A stretch of 16,627 nt of DNA from a virus. The position numbers and the translations under genes are program-made. Location of the stretch: UHGV virus genome UHGV-1794905; one strand, written 5' to 3'. Within the stretch, counting starts at the first letter, position 1. Each line of letters opens with the position of its first letter. This document shows positions 16,570 through 16,627 of this stretch, one piece after another. Below the pieces are notes generated by a model. It saw only the letters and a program-made list of their open reading frames with translations, searched no databases and was not told the origin of the DNA.

Positions 16570-16627
16570 AACACACCTGGTTATCAGCGTTTCAACTGAA
16601 AGTGAGGCCCGTCTTTCAGTGTTTTCC

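Noticed and set aside
1-16627. Defence or anti-defence system, toxin-antitoxin pair, CRISPR array, tRNA/tmRNA, integrase or attachment site, insertion sequence
   Set aside because: Looked for each; none found. Coding density is near-complete on one strand with recognisable morphogenesis genes, and there are no direct-repeat/spacer arrays or transposase-like ORFs.

Overview
This window is the late morphogenesis (packaging, head, tail) operon of a lambda-like (lambdoid) prophage, with every gene on the minus strand. I did not find a defence system, toxin-antitoxin pair, CRISPR array, tRNA or insertion sequence; the novelty here is modest. Gene order reading 5'->3' on the minus strand (high to low coordinate): a small lipoprotein and a 99-aa acidic protein, a candidate cos site, terminase small and large subunits, a W-like head-tail joining protein, portal, a single ORF fusing a ClpP-like protease to an HK97-fold major capsid protein, a small head protein, an FII-like connector, then the lambda tail genes Z, U, V, G/G-T, H, M, L, K, I and the first 228 codons of J. 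The tail genes match my recollection of phage lambda closely (M, L, K, I and J N-terminus nearly identical), whereas the portal and capsid are not lambda B/C/D/E-like, so the operon looks mosaic. Things worth a second look: three terminator-like hairpins that fill the only three intergenic gaps in the operon, an identical ribosome-binding module in front of the capsid and major-tail genes, a G-T frameshift confined to a 22-nt window whose heptamer differs from lambda's, a cosN-like sequence, and two small genes upstream of cos. Start codons were re-chosen by ribosome-binding site and translational coupling; several ORF-track starts are upstream read-through. All homology statements are from memory of lambda protein sequences and could not be verified by search.
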